DNA of 64,000 nt from a virus (taxonomy: Duplodnaviria; Caudoviricetes): positions 4,013 through 68,012 of the IMG/VR virus record IMGVR_UViG_2830022421_000002. One strand, 5' to 3'. Below are positions 8,076 through 17,997 of the stretch, piece after piece. Both the position numbers and the translations under genes were made by a program. Each line of letters opens with the position of its first letter. Position 1 is the stretch's first letter. The notes under the pieces were generated by a model. It was not told where the DNA came from, ran no database searches, and saw nothing but the letters and a program-made list of their open reading frames with translations.

Positions 8076-9335
8076 ATGGCATCAGTAAAATTATATCTTG
8101 ATACCCGTGTTCCTCGTAAAGATGGAACTTATCCGCTAAAGATAGCTGTTACACATAAAGGGAAATTTTTCATCAATCTTAAAATATATCTGAAAGAGGA
8201 CCAGCTTGTAGGCGGCGAAGTCGTTGGTCATAAGAGCAAGAAAATTTATAATACCATAATAGAGCAGTGGCTTATTAATGTAAAAAAAGTATTGTTAGAC
8301 TTAGCTGCAAATGGAAAGATTAATAATCTATCCCACCAGCAGCTCAAAAATATAATTGAAAATTATAATGATTCAAATGAGCCCGATGATGAAACGCCAT
8401 ATTTATTTAAGGAACATTTGGAAAGATTTATCTCAACTAAAGAAAAGAAGAATACAAAAGACATATATAGGGCTACTCTCAATAAAATCAAAAAACATAC
8501 TGATATCGATAATTTAACTTTTGAAGACATTAACCTATCATGGCTGAAAGGATTCCAGCAAAATATATCAGAAGAAGGACTTAGCATTAATGCTCAAGGA
8601 ATTCATTTTCGCAATATAAGAGCAATATTTAATGATGCCATAGACGAAGAATTGATTTCACAAAGCATATATCCATTCAGACGATTTAAGATAAAAACCG
8701 AAAAGACAATTAAAAGATCTTTGACTGTTGAGGATTTAATACAATTGCGCGATTATCCATGCGAAGAACATCAGATGAAGTATCGGGATTTATTCATGCT
8801 TACATTTTACCTAATTGGGATAAATGTCATTGACCTTCTACATCTGAAAGAAATAATAAATGGGAGGATTGAATACCGAAGAGAAAAAACTTACAGATTA
8901 TATAGTATTGAAGTATTACCTGAAGCTCAAGCTATTCTTGACAAATACAAAGGGAAAGATTATCTATTAAACGCACTTGATACGTACAATTATTACAAAG
9001 GATTTGCAGACAAGATAAATAAAAATATACAAGAAATAGGGCCATTTGAGATAGTAGAAAAAATAGTAAAAGGGAAAAAGAAGAAAATTAAAGAAAGAAA
9101 ACCCCTATTTCCTAGCATAACAACATACTGGGCCCGCCACACATGGGCCACAATCGCAGCCTCTCTTGATATTCCCAAGGAAACTATCGCAGCTGCTTTG
9201 GGACATGGTGGAAATTCTGTTACTGATATCTATATCAACTTCGATCAGAAGAAGATAGATGATGCGAACAAAAAAGTACTGAAGCATATCAGAGAATATG
9301 GAAAACTAAAAAAGAAGAAAGCCTCCCAAAAATAG
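8076..9335 (+). CDS. Prophage tyrosine integrase, 419 aa
   Basis: Arm-binding N-terminus, YLIGINVIDL, YWARHTWATIA, LGHG...TDIY; immediately 3' of the tRNA. Confidence 0.92.
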   Translation: MASVKLYLDTRVPRKDGTYPLKIAVTHKGKFFINLKIYLKEDQLVGGEVVGHKSKKIYNTIIEQWLINVKKVLLDLAANGKINNLSHQQLKNIIENYNDSNEPDDETPYLFKEHLERFISTKEKKNTKDIYRATLNKIKKHTDIDNLTFEDINLSWLKGFQQNISEEGLSINAQGIHFRNIRAIFNDAIDEELISQSIYPFRRFKIKTEKTIKRSLTVEDLIQLRDYPCEEHQMKYRDLFMLTFYLIGINVIDLLHLKEIINGRIEYRREKTYRLYSIEVLPEAQAILDKYKGKDYLLNALDTYNYYKGFADKINKNIQEIGPFEIVEKIVKGKKKKIKERKPLFPSITTYWARHTWATIAASLDIPKETIAAALGHGGNSVTDIYINFDQKKIDDANKKVLKHIREYGKLKKKKASQK

Positions 9336-9382
9336 AAGGCCTTCAAACATAACTATTTCGTAACGCAATATCGAATCTTGTT

Positions 9383-10522
9383 ATGTTTTACAAATATATA
9401 AATATCTATGTTATGACAAGCAGGAAAACAAAAAAAAACTATTTGATTTCAATATTAAATCAATTAAAATCTATTGGTAAAAAAGCTAAAATAAGTATTG
9501 TTATTGCTATAATAACATTAGTTGTTACTCTAATTGGAAGCATAATTATCCCAGGTATTTGGAGAAAAGAGGATACTCAAAAAGGCTTAATATTGCATAT
9601 TGGAGATTATGCTTTAAAGAAAAATTCTTTGACTTCAGTAATTTATATATGCCCTATCTCTTTTTTAGGGAAAAATGAGATCATTACCACATTGCCTATT
9701 AATATTACTAATGAATATACTAACAGTATAGAAGATATTTCACTGTTTATTGAGATTGGGTTAACTGAAGATCAAAATATTAAAGACTTTTATAACCCCA
9801 TCACTAATAAAACGATAAAGGCTGAAAAAAAATATGATTTAACTAAGGTTAAATTTCGGGAAATAACAACTGAAACTAATTATGACGATAGGATAAGTTC
9901 TAGGTGGTATACAGAATCAAACAAGAATACGGAAAATGTAAATTATTATATTAAGTATTTAAATTACAGTGAAAAAACAAATCTGTAGCTACCCATGAGA
10001 ATTGATACTACAGCAATGGAGACAATCTTTCATCAAGGGCCAAATTCAGGAAATTTGAATTACGCAATAAAAGATAATTTTACTTTTACAGCAGGTTATT
10101 CTTTTAAAAACACAAAAGAAAATAGTAATTTTTTCATTAATGTATCGGTATATAACTATGATGATATAAAACAATTTATTGAAAACGAATATAACACCAA
10201 TGGTCATTTACCTTTTGAAGAAAGTCTTTATGATGCTAATAAAAATGAATTACTTGTGTCTGAAAGAAAGATTATAGTTCAACCTTCAATAATTCAGAAT
10301 GAATCTGGGGATTTTGAAATTAGCAAAAAAGATATGAAAATTATACAAATAAAATATAGTGAAAAAGATTATCAAAAAAATAGGAAAATAGTATTCTATG
10401 ATAAGGATAATAATATCGTTGATACCTATAAATTACCCGATCTAAATAAAAATAAAGCCGAAGCCAACAGAAAGCATCAAGAACTAAAGAAAGATATATA
10501 TAAACAATCGTCCTATTTGTGA
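9383..10522 (+). pseudogene. AT-rich membrane-anchored moron protein split by one in-frame TAG (9986-9988)
   Basis: ORFs 9383-9988 and 9995-10522 are in the same frame, separated by TAG CTA CCC; N-terminal TM segment ISIVIAIITLVVTLIGSIIIP. Confidence 0.55.
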
Positions 10523-10535
10523 AAATAGGACGATT
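10506..10535. terminator. Bidirectional terminator between converging genes
   Basis: Perfect 13-bp stem AATCGTCCTATTT/AAATAGGACGATT with a 4-nt loop. Confidence 0.7.
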
Positions 10536-10564
10536 CAAAAATCAAAAAATTATGCTTTCAAAAG

Positions 10565-10978
10565 CTATATAAATCGTTTTATTCCTTTGAATCCAAAATA
10601 AGCTAGTAGCAAGAGCAATAATATTCTTCCACACCATACTTGAAATGATTGAAAAGATGTAAGTCGGTTTACTTCTGGCCCAGGTATCTCAACCGGATAG
10701 GGAACTTGTATACTATCATTGATAAATATAGAATCTCTCACAAATTTATCCCGGTATAGATATCTATATTTTTCCAACCAAACGGTATCACCTTTTATTT
10801 TCATGAATACAGAATCATGTAAATACACTGAATCACGCAAATACTTATCCCTGTATTCGGTTTTTACCGATTCAACAGGTACATATATCATTTTTGATTT
10901 ACAACTGCTCAGAAGCAGAAGAATTGACACTACAACAACTATGATAATTCCTATATGTACTTTGTGTTCTTTTTTCAT
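10565..10978 (-). CDS. Putative unimolecular spanin-like lipoprotein, 137 aa
   Basis: Lipobox LLSSC, C-terminal TM (WCGRILLLLLLAYFGF), located downstream of holin and endolysin. Confidence 0.6.
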   Translation of the reverse strand: MKKEHKVHIGIIIVVVVSILLLLSSCKSKMIYVPVESVKTEYRDKYLRDSVYLHDSVFMKIKGDTVWLEKYRYLYRDKFVRDSIFINDSIQVPYPVEIPGPEVNRLTSFQSFQVWCGRILLLLLLAYFGFKGIKRFI

Positions 10979-11117
10979 CGAGAAAGTAATTTATATATCA
11001 CATCTAAATACTGATTTATGAAATGATTCTGATAGATTGCAATGCCTACTAAAGCCAGAAGTGAAATGATTATTGAGACAAATACAAATAATGGAATTTT
11101 TATATACTTTATTTGTT

Positions 11118-11570
11118 TCATAACTTGTATTCCTCCATCGCATCAAAACACGGACAAACTTTTATCCATTCAAAATAATCTACTTTGCCATTTCCATTCA
11201 GATCAGGACTAAAATCACGATGTCCTTTTATTATTGCATCAGGATATTTGACTTTTAGCTTTTTCAATCTGCTGAGCATTGTTGCTTTTTGTGAATCGGT
11301 GCGGGTATCTGTAAAAACAGTTTTTTTGTTTTCAATTATCATACCACCCACATAACAGACATTAATTAATTCACTATTGAATCCTTTAACTCCGTTCGAC
11401 ACTTTATCCTCAGATAATAATTGCACTTCTGTACCATCAGGAAATATAAGATAATGATATCCCGGATTCTTCCACCCTAAAGTATTTTTCCAGTATGCCT
11501 GTATGCTTTCAAGTGACTGACTGTCCAGTCCGCCAGTACAATGGACACCTATATATTTAATCTTTCTCAT
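11118..11570 (-). CDS. Endolysin, N-acetylmuramoyl-L-alanine amidase (Amidase_2), 150 aa
   Basis: GVHCT, GYHYLI, GHRDF, CPCF zinc-amidase motifs. Confidence 0.9.
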   Translation of the reverse strand: MRKIKYIGVHCTGGLDSQSLESIQAYWKNTLGWKNPGYHYLIFPDGTEVQLLSEDKVSNGVKGFNSELINVCYVGGMIIENKKTVFTDTRTDSQKATMLSRLKKLKVKYPDAIIKGHRDFSPDLNGNGKVDYFEWIKVCPCFDAMEEYKL

Positions 11571-12042
11571 TCTTCACTTCCTTTTCTTCTGATATTTTTT
11601 TTACTAATTCTGTAAGACCTTTTATTAAATCATCCCGGTTATCCAGCATTATAGATAAATCTTTCAGGCTGTTATTCAATTTACGCTTATCCTTGTCATG
11701 TGCCTTTTCCAATATTGATTTACCTTCTATGAATATCAAGAATCCGGCAGCGATAAATGTGACATATGGTAATGGATAGAAAAACGTGCCGATACAGTCG
11801 AACATAAAGGCAAAGAACATCATAGCATAATAGAATACCACCTTTGTTACAGTTCGTCTTAATCCGTATGAAGTCCGGGCTTCGTTCCGTTCTTTGGCCT
11901 TTCTCCATCCGCTAATCAGATCGAGCGTGATAGCGATAGCAACAAATAGCCACATAATAGCCACAATAGCCAGTTTAGTTTCTAAAGAAACATAATCCCC
12001 ATTTAAGTACGATTGAATAAATAGCACTACATTTTCTTTCAT
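11557..12042 (-). CDS. Holin (Bacteroidetes phage holin family 4-like); likely start at 12042
   Basis: Three hydrophobic segments, DLISGWRKAK...RTSYGLRRTVTK, IEGKSILEK; ATGA overlap with the upstream gene. Confidence 0.75.
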   Translation of the reverse strand: MKENVVLFIQSYLNGDYVSLETKLAIVAIMWLFVAIAITLDLISGWRKAKERNEARTSYGLRRTVTKVVFYYAMMFFAFMFDCIGTFFYPLPYVTFIAAGFLIFIEGKSILEKAHDKDKRKLNNSLKDLSIMLDNRDDLIKGLTELVKKISEEKEVKNEKD

Positions 12043-12299
12043 TCCATGAATCTTATTATAAATATCACTATCCCCACCGGCACACAGCCCAACACAGTAG
12101 CGAGTATATCCCACCAATCAAATCCCGTCTTTCGCACAAACCTATCATACAGTTCCTTGATTAATCCGGCAATCACAGGCAGCAATATCAGCCACACCCA
12201 CAGATAAGCCAATTGAGTCAATAACAAGCCGATGCAAAAATGCATCAGCTTGTCTTTAGGTAATGCGTTCTCAATCTTCGCTTGCAGGCTCATTTTCAT
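12039..12299 (-). CDS. Small phage membrane protein (DKLMHF...KELYD...FDWWDILAT)
   Basis: Hydrophobic ORF in the lysis cluster; start codon uncertain (12293 or 12299). Confidence 0.55.
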   Translation of the reverse strand: MKMSLQAKIENALPKDKLMHFCIGLLLTQLAYLWVWLILLPVIAGLIKELYDRFVRKTGFDWWDILATVLGCVPVGIVIFIIRFME

Positions 12300-12468
12300 C
12301 CTCACTTTCTTCCAATCCGTTCTCCCGGATAAAATCATCTACCTCCTGTTCTGTGTCGAACAATTCAACCGTAACACCTTCAGGAGTGAATATCTCCCCC
12401 GTACCATCTACCCTGCGAACTATTTTACCGTCCTGATAAGCCAGGACATATTTATTTTCAAATTTCAT
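12271..12468 (-). CDS. Small acidic phage protein, 65 aa
   Basis: Co-oriented ORF overlapping the next gene. Confidence 0.5.
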   Translation of the reverse strand: MKFENKYVLAYQDGKIVRRVDGTGEIFTPEGVTVELFDTEQEVDDFIRENGLEESEDENEPASED

Positions 12469-12504
12469 AAGTCTTATTTTTTTATATAATTAAAATGTTT
12501 TCAA

Positions 12505-12542
12505 AAAAAAACGGTAAACTCATTTGAATTTACCGTTTTTTT
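12505..12542. terminator. Intrinsic terminator
   Basis: A-run ACGGTAAA...TTTACCGT T-run hairpin. Confidence 0.65.
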
Positions 12543-12561
12543 AAATTTGTTTTATCTGAAA

Positions 12562-12957
12562 CTATCCTGGGAAGTGTCTCTTCCTTAGTTGAATATCTCT
12601 AAAAATCTTGTATACTTTGGAATGATCATATGGCTTGCCACTTTCTCGCTCCCATAGTGGAACATAATCAGGATGCTTTGCAATTTCGAAAAAATCCATA
12701 AATCCGTCAGGTCCAAATGCCGCCATATCTAGAATGGAGACTTCAAAAACAACAAGTAGGATACCATCTCCATATATATTTTTAATAGTAGCCCTTAACA
12801 TGGACGCTGTAAAAGAATCTGGAGTTAATAATACAATTTGATGAGATATATATTCCCAGAATTCCAGTTTGTTTTCCAGAATATAGTCCATCAGTTTTTT
12901 GTGACTATCGACATTTGCTTCTTTAAGATCATCAAATTCTATTATAAATGTTTTCAT
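12562..12957 (-). CDS. Moron protein, possible Cas2/VapD-like ferredoxin fold, 131 aa
   Basis: N-terminal strand FIIEFDDL, central FWEYISHQIVLLTP, LLVVFEV; pattern resemblance only. Confidence 0.4.
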   Translation of the reverse strand: MKTFIIEFDDLKEANVDSHKKLMDYILENKLEFWEYISHQIVLLTPDSFTASMLRATIKNIYGDGILLVVFEVSILDMAAFGPDGFMDFFEIAKHPDYVPLWERESGKPYDHSKVYKIFRDIQLRKRHFPG

Positions 12958-13325
12958 TTCTCAGCCTCCTCTTCTATTGAACCATAAGATACATAATTTG
13001 AGTTCGGTGGATTTACTGATACTGTTTTTTTTATGCTATCAGACATTAAAGCTTTCTCTATTGCTGTTTTTTCCAGAACAAATTTTTCAGACCTTAACAA
13101 ATTAGGGTCTTTAAATAAACAATAAAAATAGGCAAAAAGAAAGGCTAGAACAATCAATACAGATAAACACCCCAAGATATACCCAAACACATTTTCTCCA
13201 ATTTTAAAAAGTAAAATTGTTGCTGTCAGTAATATGGAGAGTAGTCCAAATAAAGATTTAACAACATTAGACTTATATCCTTGGGATGAAGCATGTTCAA
13301 AAATGTGTCTTAGATAATCACTCAT
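12954..13325 (-). CDS. Moron two-TM membrane protein (probable start 13325)
   Basis: Two TM helices followed by KDPNLLRSE; its own TATATTTG -7 box at 13342-13349 argues for the 13325 start. Confidence 0.6.
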   Translation of the reverse strand: MSDYLRHIFEHASSQGYKSNVVKSLFGLLSILLTATILLFKIGENVFGYILGCLSVLIVLAFLFAYFYCLFKDPNLLRSEKFVLEKTAIEKALMSDSIKKTVSVNPPNSNYVSYGSIEEEAEK

Positions 13326-13492
13326 ATATCTTGCTTTTTTGCAAATATAATAATAAATATCACTCATAATGAAATTGTTTATTTGTTTAAAAACGATAAA
13401 TTCAATATATCAAAGACCACTTCCCGTTTTGGTAGGACGGATATACCTAACTTATTTATCTTTAATTATAGTAATAGTAATTATATTTACTA

Positions 13493-14629
13493 TTACCCAG
13501 CTGTCACCGTCACAGTGACACCTTTATCCGTCAATGTCTGTACGGCAGCATCCGAGGCCGCTGTCCTTGTACCGATCACATAGATGCTTTTCAGCCACGA
13601 AGAAGCCGCTGCCGTCGGGTGTAGTTCCTTTGTCGCCTGATCGATCAGCATCGCATCCACAAAATTGCCCAGCTTTACTTTCTCCAAGGCAAGAATAAAA
13701 CCCTGAGGACGGATCGACCAGGAGAAAGAAGATAACCCCCGCTGCCTGTATTCATTGTATGAACCGTCGGTATTGGTGAAAAATGCGAAAGGACACCGGG
13801 CTATATCCCCGCTCAGGGTATCCATATTTCTGGCCGCCAATCCCACTGTAGTTGTCTCATCCCACAAAACACCGTCAGAAAGCAGCTTTGCGAACAAAGC
13901 ACCCAGATCACCAGATACCAGTGAATCGGAGATCCTTAAATCACGTAGCTTCCCGTTTTTTATTTCAAGGTCAATAGCCGGATCAAAGGAAACATTGCTG
14001 CGTTCCACAGAAAGGGAAATCGCGCCGGTAGTAGCGAAAGAGATCGGGCCGGGGCTAAACTTCCCGGTGATCTTATAGCTGTTAAGATATATACTGGCGG
14101 AAGTGGTCGGTATACTTTCGAATTTCAATTCACCTGCGTCAAAAACAATGCTTTCGTATTGTTCATTCACACGGGCAATAAGTTGAAAAGAACCGGTAGC
14201 CGGTTTTTGTTTAAGAGAATCCAACACCAGCAATTCTGACGGGAATAATACTAATCCTGTCAGGGAAGTCAAAAAACTGATCCCCCTGAAATTATAGGAG
14301 TAACCATTCGTGATAAGGTTCCTGATAGAATATTTGTCCCGGATGCTGACATCTATTGTAGAACCGTAAGGAATATTAAAATAACAGGCTGTGTTCGCAG
14401 GGATTTCCACACTCCCGGATACCGTGACCGGGTTGGACATATCGGAAGATGTGGACATAGTGCATGTTTCAGACAGCGATACCGTATTGGCTTTGTCTGA
14501 CAGTATCATAAAAAGGTTGCTGACCGTCGAGCTTCTTGTATGGCTCAATGAGAATCTGAGTTCTCCCAGTTTCAACAGGGAATCATTGTTTACAACCCCC
14601 TTTAATTGTGTGACTAAACATTCGTTCAT
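13493..14629 (-). CDS. Putative tail-fibre/receptor-binding accessory protein, 378 aa
   Basis: Last gene of the tail operon; Ser/Thr/Gly-rich beta-type sequence. Confidence 0.5.
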   Translation of the reverse strand: MNECLVTQLKGVVNNDSLLKLGELRFSLSHTRSSTVSNLFMILSDKANTVSLSETCTMSTSSDMSNPVTVSGSVEIPANTACYFNIPYGSTIDVSIRDKYSIRNLITNGYSYNFRGISFLTSLTGLVLFPSELLVLDSLKQKPATGSFQLIARVNEQYESIVFDAGELKFESIPTTSASIYLNSYKITGKFSPGPISFATTGAISLSVERSNVSFDPAIDLEIKNGKLRDLRISDSLVSGDLGALFAKLLSDGVLWDETTTVGLAARNMDTLSGDIARCPFAFFTNTDGSYNEYRQRGLSSFSWSIRPQGFILALEKVKLGNFVDAMLIDQATKELHPTAAASSWLKSIYVIGTRTAASDAAVQTLTDKGVTVTVTAG

Positions 14630-14649
14630 AACTTATATATTTTTTGTTG

Positions 14650-17121
14650 TTAATTATTAAACTGCGAATCCAGGTTAGCGAATCTCTGATCCAGCCAGTT
14701 GCCGACACGTCCGATGCTGTTATAAAACCCGGCTTCCACAGGGTTATTTGAATAAAATCCGGTGAAAGGGCGGTTTCCCGTACTATCCTTCACACACCTG
14801 AAACCGTATTGAACATTCAGCCCGTCACGGCAGGTGTCGCCTACTGCATAACCCGCAGCATTATCATAAGGGGCATAGCTTGTGTTTCCCATATCCACCA
14901 GTTCCCAGAATTCGGCATTGATCTTCGGATCACGGTACGACGGCACATCGGGGTACTTTTCAAATTCACGTTTGTAATTGTCATATCCCACACGGCTTAC
15001 CCAGTCTTCGAACAGCCCGGTTATATTCCCGGTGGTAAATACACCATCACCCCTGAGCTCGTTGTACCTCTCTTTGATTTGCGGAAGGTATAACTGGTAT
15101 AATTGACCGGTTGGCAAAACGGAACTTGTACCCAGTATATTGGTGATCGATTCGGGCATAACGAATGTGCCCCGCCAGCTCATTCCGAACACAGAATCTT
15201 TGTCATACACACACGGGGAATACTTATTGCCGTCCCACGAGCACCACAGCCAGTTTTTGGCAAAACCGTCAAAGTCATATATGGCTTGTGCAAACACAAA
15301 GTAATCTATCATAAAAGGCAGATTGAAATATTCTTCGAAGAGAGCCCTTTTATTATCGTTCCCACTGGCCGCCCTGATAGCCGGCACTGCACCCGCCAGT
15401 TTTTGTATATTCGCTTTCACTGTTGCAGAAAACGGATCGCTATCCGATAGTTCGGTAGGGTTATCCCCGTCATACTTATTGCCGTTGATATCGATCAGCC
15501 CTTTCGGGTTACGGATCTCAAAGGCATTCCAATCGACGGTACCGCCCCATAATTGCGCTCCACCCAATGTGCCATCGAGGAATATATGATCCGGATTGGA
15601 ACCGTCCAGGTTATAATTATCCCTGTGTTTTTTCAGGTTCCATGAATACAACCCGAAAAAATTACCGTTCCAGTAGATAGCTATCGGGAATCCGTCAGGA
15701 TGTGAAAGCGCTCCGGTAGGGAAGTCCCTGTCAAGTGTGCCGCCCGAATTGAGAACAGATGTATTATCATTGAGATAATCCCACGGGCGCATCTGTCCGT
15801 ATGGGCGTGTCCGGTACATCTGTTCGGCAAGGTTGTAACAGACGTTACTCTGCCCCCTGAACGCATCGATATAGTATTTCTTGATATGGAAAGAGTCCTG
15901 TACAACCCAGTCGCCGAATTTAAGTTTCTGATTTACTAAGTCTATTCCAAGGTTCTTTATATAATAAAACATGGACGAACTACCTTGCGCATTCAGGATA
16001 ATGGGAATCCTGAAATAGTTCCCGTCCATATCCCATAATTCGAGTATAGCCTGTATATCATCGGTCTTACTGGTAGGCAATTTCGAACATATAAGGTTTA
16101 CTTTAGCGCATATGCGTGGAATAGGCATTTTTATCAATGACTGATCGCTCCAGTCGCCGGTACCCGAAGAAAAGCCGCTGTTTATCAGATCGTGATGCAG
16201 GGCTTGCATGGCTTTGTCGGAGAAGCGGATGGCTTCGGTTACAGACAGGTTTTCGGTCAGTAGCTTCGGTTCTACCTTTGTACCGTCTGCTTGCCTTTCG
16301 GAAACTATATTCTCATTCTTATCGAGTGTCAGTTCCAGACGCCCTTCGGGATCGTCAATAATATCACCGGATGTATTTTCAAGGGCTTCAATACGTTTCT
16401 TTATCTCTTCGAATTCAGGCGTATAGAATGACCCGTCTGTTTTAATGCCTGCCAGGATATGCCCTTCTTTGTCCGTCCACACACGCAGCCATTCGGGATC
16501 GTCTGTTAAGCTTGTCATTTCAAGGATACCGGCATACAGGGTGATAAAGTTATCAAGCTGCAATTTTACTTCTCCGATATATTGTTCGTTGTGTTGGATA
16601 TTATCGGTGATGGTATTGTCACAGTCAAAAGTGGTACCGTCCCATCGTTTGCCCCACAACAGGTAGTTTTCCGCATCCACGATGGCATAGGCGTATTCAT
16701 CGTCGCTGACAATGGAGAGTGTTCCTGCCGGAAGGTAGACAACAGGGTTGCCGGAGGCGTCGGTTTTATCCGCTTTGTTAGATACATCGCCTAATGGCCC
16801 CCGATATCTCCAAACTCCTACGCCATCAGTTATTACATATGCATAAATGCCATTTTTATTGGGATCAGGATCATCAGTCACTGATACCAACTCCCCATTT
16901 TTTATTAAATTACCATCATCGCCTATTGGATTAGGACTAGCATCTGACTGCATATCTGAATTTGTCAGATACGTTTTTTTTATTCCAAGACTTGCAGATT
17001 CTTCCAATACATCAGCTATATCTTTAAAAGCCTGTCCTTCGATCTGGTTCGTAACAGAATTAGGCTCTGTCGCATCATATATCTGTTGTCCTGTTTGTCT
17101 TATCCCTTCTATTGTTGCCAT
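14650..17121 (-). CDS. Tail-associated protein with a CotH-family kinase domain, 823 aa
   Basis: DGFPIAIYWNGNFFGLY, YDFDGFAKNW, PCVYDKDSVFG; short YDNAAGYAVGD carbohydrate-binding-like motif near the C-terminus. Confidence 0.75.
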   Translation of the reverse strand: MATIEGIRQTGQQIYDATEPNSVTNQIEGQAFKDIADVLEESASLGIKKTYLTNSDMQSDASPNPIGDDGNLIKNGELVSVTDDPDPNKNGIYAYVITDGVGVWRYRGPLGDVSNKADKTDASGNPVVYLPAGTLSIVSDDEYAYAIVDAENYLLWGKRWDGTTFDCDNTITDNIQHNEQYIGEVKLQLDNFITLYAGILEMTSLTDDPEWLRVWTDKEGHILAGIKTDGSFYTPEFEEIKKRIEALENTSGDIIDDPEGRLELTLDKNENIVSERQADGTKVEPKLLTENLSVTEAIRFSDKAMQALHHDLINSGFSSGTGDWSDQSLIKMPIPRICAKVNLICSKLPTSKTDDIQAILELWDMDGNYFRIPIILNAQGSSSMFYYIKNLGIDLVNQKLKFGDWVVQDSFHIKKYYIDAFRGQSNVCYNLAEQMYRTRPYGQMRPWDYLNDNTSVLNSGGTLDRDFPTGALSHPDGFPIAIYWNGNFFGLYSWNLKKHRDNYNLDGSNPDHIFLDGTLGGAQLWGGTVDWNAFEIRNPKGLIDINGNKYDGDNPTELSDSDPFSATVKANIQKLAGAVPAIRAASGNDNKRALFEEYFNLPFMIDYFVFAQAIYDFDGFAKNWLWCSWDGNKYSPCVYDKDSVFGMSWRGTFVMPESITNILGTSSVLPTGQLYQLYLPQIKERYNELRGDGVFTTGNITGLFEDWVSRVGYDNYKREFEKYPDVPSYRDPKINAEFWELVDMGNTSYAPYDNAAGYAVGDTCRDGLNVQYGFRCVKDSTGNRPFTGFYSNNPVEAGFYNSIGRVGNWLDQRFANLDSQFNN

Positions 17122-17122
17122 A

Positions 17123-17953
17123 TTAATTAAATGGTGGTTTTATAAATTCTTTTGTATGTATGTTATATCCATTCGGATATAAATCTTCATACGACGAATA
17201 AAAATCTTTTGGTTCTACTTCCAGCTTGAAAATATATCCGGGGTAATATCCCGCTAGTTCGTTAACTTCAACTTCTGTCCCGTCTGCACGGACGTACTCC
17301 AACCCGTTGATAGTTATATATGACAGGCTGAACATCAGGTTTAACTTACGGGCAATCCATATGGGCACACCGGAATTATCACCTATTGTCAATATTCTTG
17401 ATTCATATGGGTAGGCGTCCAGTTGGGTTAATGAATATCCCTGATCCCTGAATGTGTTATTACTCACATTGAAAGTCATTTCTTTAAACAGGAATCCTCC
17501 CCTAATCCTGAATTCAAAGAAGTAATTTCCTCCGTCACCATCTAAAAATTGCGTATCGAATTTATCTTCCCTGTTAGTATACTTTAAAAGAATAGTATCA
17601 TAAAGGCATTCTTTTTCCATCACACAAAATACAGATGAACTTATCACTTCCTGATAAGTATTAATAATATCAACCTTGTACGTCCCTGTATCAAGGTCTG
17701 TTATCTCAAAATAATATGAACGGTAATTGTCAAATGGAGCAAATTCTGTGAGAGGAATAGATATAACATCTTCAGTATCTAAGCCAGTAAGTCTTACTGT
17801 TGGTGTATCATTTTTGAATGCTGCAAATTGAACCCTTATTGTATCACTACTGGCAAAATATTGATTAAAACATTCCTGTTTCTCAAAATTATGTTGCCAG
17901 TCCGATTGAAAGTCCAAGCTGCTGAATAAGGATATTCTAAGATGGTACGCCAC
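17123..17953 (-). CDS. Minor tail protein, 276 aa (GTG start)
   Basis: Position in the tail operon; no specific motif. Confidence 0.5.
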   Translation of the reverse strand: MAYHLRISLFSSLDFQSDWQHNFEKQECFNQYFASSDTIRVQFAAFKNDTPTVRLTGLDTEDVISIPLTEFAPFDNYRSYYFEITDLDTGTYKVDIINTYQEVISSSVFCVMEKECLYDTILLKYTNREDKFDTQFLDGDGGNYFFEFRIRGGFLFKEMTFNVSNNTFRDQGYSLTQLDAYPYESRILTIGDNSGVPIWIARKLNLMFSLSYITINGLEYVRADGTEVEVNELAGYYPGYIFKLEVEPKDFYSSYEDLYPNGYNIHTKEFIKPPFN

Positions 17954-17954
17954 A

Positions 17955-17997
17955 ATATTCTGTTTCCTTTAAAATATAATCTGAAATAAAAAATCCC
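17955..17997 (-). repeat. 43-bp leader, copy 1 (42/43 identical to 36292-36334); candidate late promoter
   Basis: ATATTCTGTTTCCTTTAAAATATAA(T/G)CTGAAATAAAAAATCCC aligned by eye. Confidence 0.75.

Noticed and set aside
9986-9988. Phage-wide TAG recoding
   Set aside because: Integrase, thermonuclease and capsid genes all end normally at TAG, and the other interruption (YopX) is TAA.
13493-17121. Diversity-generating retroelement acting on the tail fibre
   Set aside because: No reverse transcriptase ORF and no template/variable repeat pair were seen in the window.
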